Origin: Takakia lepidozioides
Taxonomy: Eukaryota; Plantae; Bryophyta
Direction: 5' to 3'
Assembly: GCA_030704615.1 (NCBI GenBank)
Contig: JAKLZA010000068.1
Location: 1-10,878, forward strand
DNA length: 10,878 bases
The notes beneath the pieces are model-generated. The model was not told the DNA's origin. It worked only from the letters and a program-made list of their open reading frames with translations, and did no database searches. Position 1 is the stretch's first letter. Every line of letters begins with the position of its first letter. The translations under genes and the position numbers were made by a program. This document shows, piece by piece, positions 6,402-10,878 of the stretch.

Positions 6402-9400
6402 ATGGCTCCGAATTCCTACGCTATAGTTTGCTGTCCTCCGCAACTTGGGAGAGCCTGGATCCCAAACGAGGGAGGACTTTGCAGAGTGACTGAAACTTAC
6501 CTTTGTTCCAAATTCAAGCTCAAACCGGGCACAGTTTATTTGGAAGAAGAAAGGAAGGATGTTCCTGGACAGGTTGACGAGACCATTGTCGTGCTAGGTA
6601 ACGACGGAGGTTGCGGAATCGAATGGCACGTTCCCCCGTCAGACACCATCCTGTACCGAGCTGTGGGAATGCCCATTCCCTTTCCGAATCAGTCGCTGCC
6701 CACACCATCCACAAAGGAGTCCGGAAACCGAGAGGCGGCCACTGCCAACAGAGAGGTATGCAACGATAATCATTCCCGACCTGGACCGTCAAGACCCTCC
6801 ATAGCTTCTCGTGTGGACGTATTCGACATTTCCGACGAGGAAGATGATTGCATTGAGGTACCCATGTCCTCCACACGGTCGTTCAAATCCGGCATGGACG
6901 TCTCTGTAGGTGCTACGCATGTGCCCTCGAGCATAACTCCAACCCGGTCCATTGTGCAGCTCCTACGACAACATCACCTCGATGGTTCTCGCTCCGAGCT
7001 GGCTGCTCTCGACTATGCCAAATTCCCAGTCAGAAAGGTAACGTTTCTGCCTCCCGAAGTCGATGGCAATGTCATCTTCGAGTTTCCACCTGTTTCTTCG
7101 TCAAAGAAAGCCTCCGGATGTTAACAGACATGGATCGAAAGCATGACGGACACCCCTGGTGTGTGACGAAGACCAGTAGCACGAAAATTGCTGATGGTGT
7201 TCGTGTACGATATGTCCTCTGTGCGGGAAGCTGAGGTGCCTCAATCCCACCTGCTTCCACTTTCTCTCCAAAGGAGGGCGGAGAAACGAGACGGATTGGA
7301 CTGGCACAACGCATCATCCATTCATTGTCTCCAGCCAAGCTCCTGCGGGTTCTTTCAAGTGTGCACATTGCAAAGAACCACCGACGTGCATGTCCATGTG
7401 CAGAGCCAAGCAATATTACGTAATCCATTTGCTCCCGGACTTGACTAGAGCTTGCATACACGTTGGGGTCCACTGCCACCCCTTGGCGAGAGGCAACATG
7501 CGTGAGGCTGTGCAGGAAGCACACGACATCATAAAAGAGGAGGTGAAATTGAGCCCCGGAGCCAGACCAAAGCAGATTCAGCTGAAGGCAGCCCACAAGA
7601 TTGCTCTTGGCAAAATCATGTCTGAAGATGGTTCCGACCGAGAGCCCTTGACCGAAGACGAGATGCGTGACCTCTTGGAGTCCGTCTCGCACGTTTGTAG
7701 TCCGAATGTGCGGAATCACATCGTATCTTGCAAGCAGGAGTTCGGCAGGGGGTCGGACATGTACTCAATCCTGGAGGTGAAACGAATGACTGGATATGAC
7801 TACATCCAAGGTAGCAGGTTTCCAGGGCAAGGCAGCGAATCCGATCGTTGTTACATTTTCAAAATGTCGACGTGTGGGCCTGGGAGTGGAGTCGACTTGG
7901 TCACTCGCATGACAACTGGAAACTTGTCGAATGCTTGGGTGATGTTTGATCACATCAAGCGAATTACAAACCATCAGTGGGTGACTATGGGTGCGCATGT
8001 TTATGACTATCACTCCAAGAGGCTCATGACGATTGCAATCTGCGAGATGAAAGGGGAGGACACACAGTCCGAGATGCATCTGTGGGAGGGCATAAACCAG
8101 CAGATGGCAAGGGCGGGATTGCCAGAGCCCAATTTCAGGGGATTCATGGCAGACAACGCTCAGGCCAACTGGGCAGCGGTGCGGCGTGTGTACGGTGAGG
8201 ACCCCAATGTTCCAATGGAGGGGAAAGAGAGATCCTGTGGATTCCATTGGATGCAGAGTCTATCCCACTACACTACCAAATTTGTTGCTAGCTCATTCCA
8301 GGCTGAACACCGTGTCCTTTGTACGGCGTGGAAGGATGCACCCACATTTGATGACGCGGAGGTTAAGTTTGCTATCATCGAGGCTTGGTGGAACACGTCA
8401 GGTGCAGTGGAGACAACCAATCTGGGAGCATTGCACAGCTGGTTGGGGTGGTGGCATTTTCGGTATCGACAGTTCGGACAGTACATGCGGGAGGTAGGCT
8501 GCTGTCATTTTCGTTCATTTGTCTTTCTGTTACGGACATTTCGATTGGTCCCTCACCATTGTTTGTGTCCTTCTAGGAGCGGTGCTTGGATTCCGACACG
8601 GACATGCCGAACACGAATATGGCAGAATCGGTCCACTCCTCCTGGCGAGCGTCTTCTGCCGCACATCTGGTGGACGTAGTCACGGCCACAACGGAGGACA
8701 TCGACAGAGCAATCATGCAGCAAGCCACGTACTACAAGTTCCTGAGCGGCAAACAATGGGGCTTTGGGCCGGACAGGGAGGAATTGTTGGTACGAACAGC
8801 TTCGAGGTCCAAGAATCCAGTGAAATGGGCGACAGCATTGCGAGAGAAGATCAAAGGGACGCCTCTGCACCGCAGAGGTGAACACCTAGAGGGGGACGTC
8901 CGGACTCGCCCTGTCAGGCGGAGGATTGAAGAGGAACCCGGGTGCGAAGAGGATTCCTGGAGATCCGACAGGAACATTCGGACAGCACCTCGAGGTCCCG
9001 TCATGTTGCCGCACAATGTGTCTTCCAGCAGTGGAAGCCCAAGAAATTCCAGATCGCCGTCGCCTTCAACCGGGGATTTCGTGCAACAAATTCCCACCGC
9101 TCCCTTGCCCCACATTCCGCCCGCTGTTATGCAGTATGGCCAAGCCATTGTGGAGACGACTGTGTCTGCCTCACAGTGGAGAATTGCTCGCACAAAGCCG
9201 TCGTTTCGAGGAAGGTGTTCCGCAATTCGTGTGGATACACGGCAACGTTGTTTAGAGATGATAAGGAGGAATCCAGATGGGGCTGTCCCTGCTCCTACTT
9301 TTACAGGAAGATTTGTCCATGCAAAGTTTGCGGAGGCGACAACCACCCAGTTCTGGTTCTGCAGGCACGACATTATGACTTGCGTGTATGGAAAGCCCAA

Positions 9401-10007
9401 GTACGGCATACAGACAATGCCAGAGGCTCCCCCGGTGTGGCCGGTGGAACCAGGCTGCGATCTGAGTCAGGTTGAGGCCGACGCCCTTACCGCCGCAGGA
9501 TTTCGGATGGTGCAGCGCACTGACGTGCCCAGACAACCATTTCCGCTTCCACAGCCTCCACCACCGACCCCTGTGAGAGCAAGAACAATGGGACACGACA
9601 GCTCTAAGCATCCTACACACCGTTGGGGGAAACCGAAGAGGCGGCGACCTCCCTCAAAAGTGAACGAGACAAGGATGGGGAATGCACTTCGGATGAACTG
9701 TACAATCCAGAGCTCGACAGAAGTGCCCCCACCAGGATTCGGGCGTGTGTATCAGATGGCCACGGCGGGCTCAGCTGTTCGCAATGAGGTGTACACCATC
9801 ACCATTTCAGAATTACCCACCTGCAATTGCACCGACTTCCAGATCATGGCGAACAAGGGGGCATCATACTGCCCTTGCAAGCATTTGTACTACGTGTACC
9901 TAAAGAGACTCCGTTGTAATTCCACAACTCATCACTTCATACATGCACCAGGGTTGAGCCCCCAGGAGGTTCACACTCTTCTGAATATGGATCCAGGGGA
10001 CCAGTGA
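6402..10007 (+). CDS. MULE (Mutator-like) DDE transposase with GCM-like Zn domain and C-terminal SWIM zinc finger, ~1174 aa after correction
   Basis: Probable ATG 6402 (MAPNSYAIV). Frameshifts at ~7117 and ~7230 bridge into MDRKHDGHPWC..CAGS/LRCLNPTC..CAHC..C..IHVGVHCHP (GCM/WRKY-like). Catalytic D in WVMFD (7948), D in FMADNAQAN (8152), CGFHW (8236-8250) and E in TNMAESVHS (8625), the last after splicing intron 8494-8576. SWIM CNCTDF..CKH at 9822-9884. Stop TGA 10005-10007. Confidence 0.88.
8494..8576 (+). other. Spliceosomal intron (83 nt, phase 0) in the transposase
   Basis: Donor GAG|GTAGGC, T-rich body, acceptor TCCTTCTAG|. Joins ORF 7390..8679 (..GQYMRE) in frame to ORF 8586..10007 (ERCLDSDTDMPNTNMAES), restoring the DDE glutamate. 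Confidence 0.9.
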
Positions 10008-10252
10008 GCTTGGCTTGCGGTCCACATACAATGGTACGCCCATCGGATAGTAGAACTGTACTGCTGCCAGTACCTCAGACTCTGGCCACACAAAGGTCCG
10101 ACATATGTCTTGCCTACCAGTAACCTGTTTTGATCGAACTAAGATATTACTATATCGTTCACTTGTTTCCACGTGCATGTATTTTTGTATGTTGGAGGGT
10201 TCATGTTTTTCTGCTTTCCGAAAACTTGCTCTCCTCATTCGACCTCCGACAA

Positions 10253-10370
10253 GGAAATGCGGCGCCGAATTTCCAAGTATCGTCGTAGGTACCCCCAGAG
10301 GCGGCCTTCGCCAACACCAAACCGCTCCGAAATTTCGCACGTGCGAACCCTAATGCGGCACCCTATTTCC
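10253..10370. repeat. Two diverged copies of the array palindrome downstream of the transposase
   Basis: GGAAATGCGGCGCCGAATTTCC at 10253-10274 and AATGCGGCACCCTATTTCC at 10352-10370. Half-site GCCGCATTTCC at 10723-10733. Confidence 0.8.
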
Positions 10371-10592
10371 CAGTTCAGTTGCAAACCTTTCCCGCCGAAT
10401 ACCCGAAGAAGACAGAATTGTGAAGTACTGCAGACTGTATTGGTGCAGACTCCATTGGTTCAATCGCGGCAAAAGGGTCAGCTTCATTCCAATGTTAAGG
10501 CATGTAAAACCGCGGAATACTCTATACAGGCCAGTATGCGACGTCCTTTTGCAGTGGTATACTGGATTTCCCGTTGCACGGTCACTTATTTC

Positions 10593-10838
10593 CATGAGCG
10601 GATCTATAAAACCATGAGCGGACTTGTTACTGACGACATATCTTCGCCGCATTACATGATCTGGAACGTCCAAAAACGGCAAGGTCAAATAAAAAACTAT
10701 TATTTTAATACTTGTTTAATCTGCCGCATTTCCAAATTTGGAGGAGTCCGCTCATGAAATCCGCGTATCTTAGACTTCGGCTCACCGCTCATGCGGCTCA
10801 TGCGGCTCATGGCTCATGGCTCATGGTTTCTGCTCATG
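10593..10838. repeat. Cluster of GCTCATG / CATGAGC short repeats in direct and inverted orientation (possible subterminal repeats)
   Basis: CATGAGC at 10593 and 10613. GCTCATG at 10750, 10787, 10796, 10805, 10812, 10819 and 10832. Perfect 12-bp inverted pair CATGAGCGGACT (10613-10624) / AGTCCGCTCATG (10745-10756). Confidence 0.8.
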
Positions 10839-10878
10839 AAATAGTAAACCTCCTTGAGAGCGCACGGATTGAAGTTGC

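Larger units (their letters stand above)
1..10850. mobile_element. Putative composite Mutator-like (MULE) DNA transposon: transposase + divergent ParB-like/methyltransferase-like accessory gene + internal palindrome array; left end outside window, right end uncertain
   Basis: MULE DDE + SWIM transposase at 6402-10007. The same ~22-24 bp palindrome occurs in the introns of the left gene (1145, 2347), in the central array and downstream of the transposase (10253, 10352), linking all parts. Short clustered repeats at 10590-10840 resemble subterminal repeats. No TIR pair or TSD can be demonstrated. Confidence 0.65.

Noticed and set aside
7110-7235. Programmed ribosomal frameshifting in the transposase
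   Set aside because: There is no slippery heptamer at either site, and similar indels are scattered throughout the window, so error or decay is more parsimonious.
7072-9620. Minus-strand ORFs 7072..7719, 7765..8247, 8732..9409, 9252..9620
   Set aside because: They are antisense to the transposase and show no independent coding signal.
10105-10757. ORFs 10105..10353, 10173..10757, 9900..10340
   Set aside because: They span the 3' UTR and palindrome/subterminal repeats and contain no recognisable domain.

Overview
Eukaryotic DNA (GT-AG introns on both strands). An early-diverging land plant is my guess from protein resemblance and is not verifiable here. The window appears to be one composite DNA transposon with three parts. 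(i) On the + strand, a Mutator-like (MULE) DDE transposase of ~1170 aa (6402-10007, one intron, two single-base frameshifts) with a GCM-like Zn domain, an intact D-D-CxxH-E core, an extra Cys4 module and a C-terminal SWIM finger. (ii) On the - strand, a divergently oriented multi-exon gene (~3926 to beyond position 1) encoding a ParB/Sulfiredoxin-like domain (DGNHR motif) and, at the window edge, frameshifted motifs resembling an N4-cytosine/N6-adenine DNA methyltransferase. (iii) Between them, a 1.7-kb array of ~32 palindromes (CGGAAATGCGGYRCCGCATTTCCG) with a mostly 53-bp period and recurring spacer families. The same palindrome recurs in two introns of the ParB-like gene and downstream of the transposase. 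Many single-base indels break both genes, consistent with long-read consensus error or decay.
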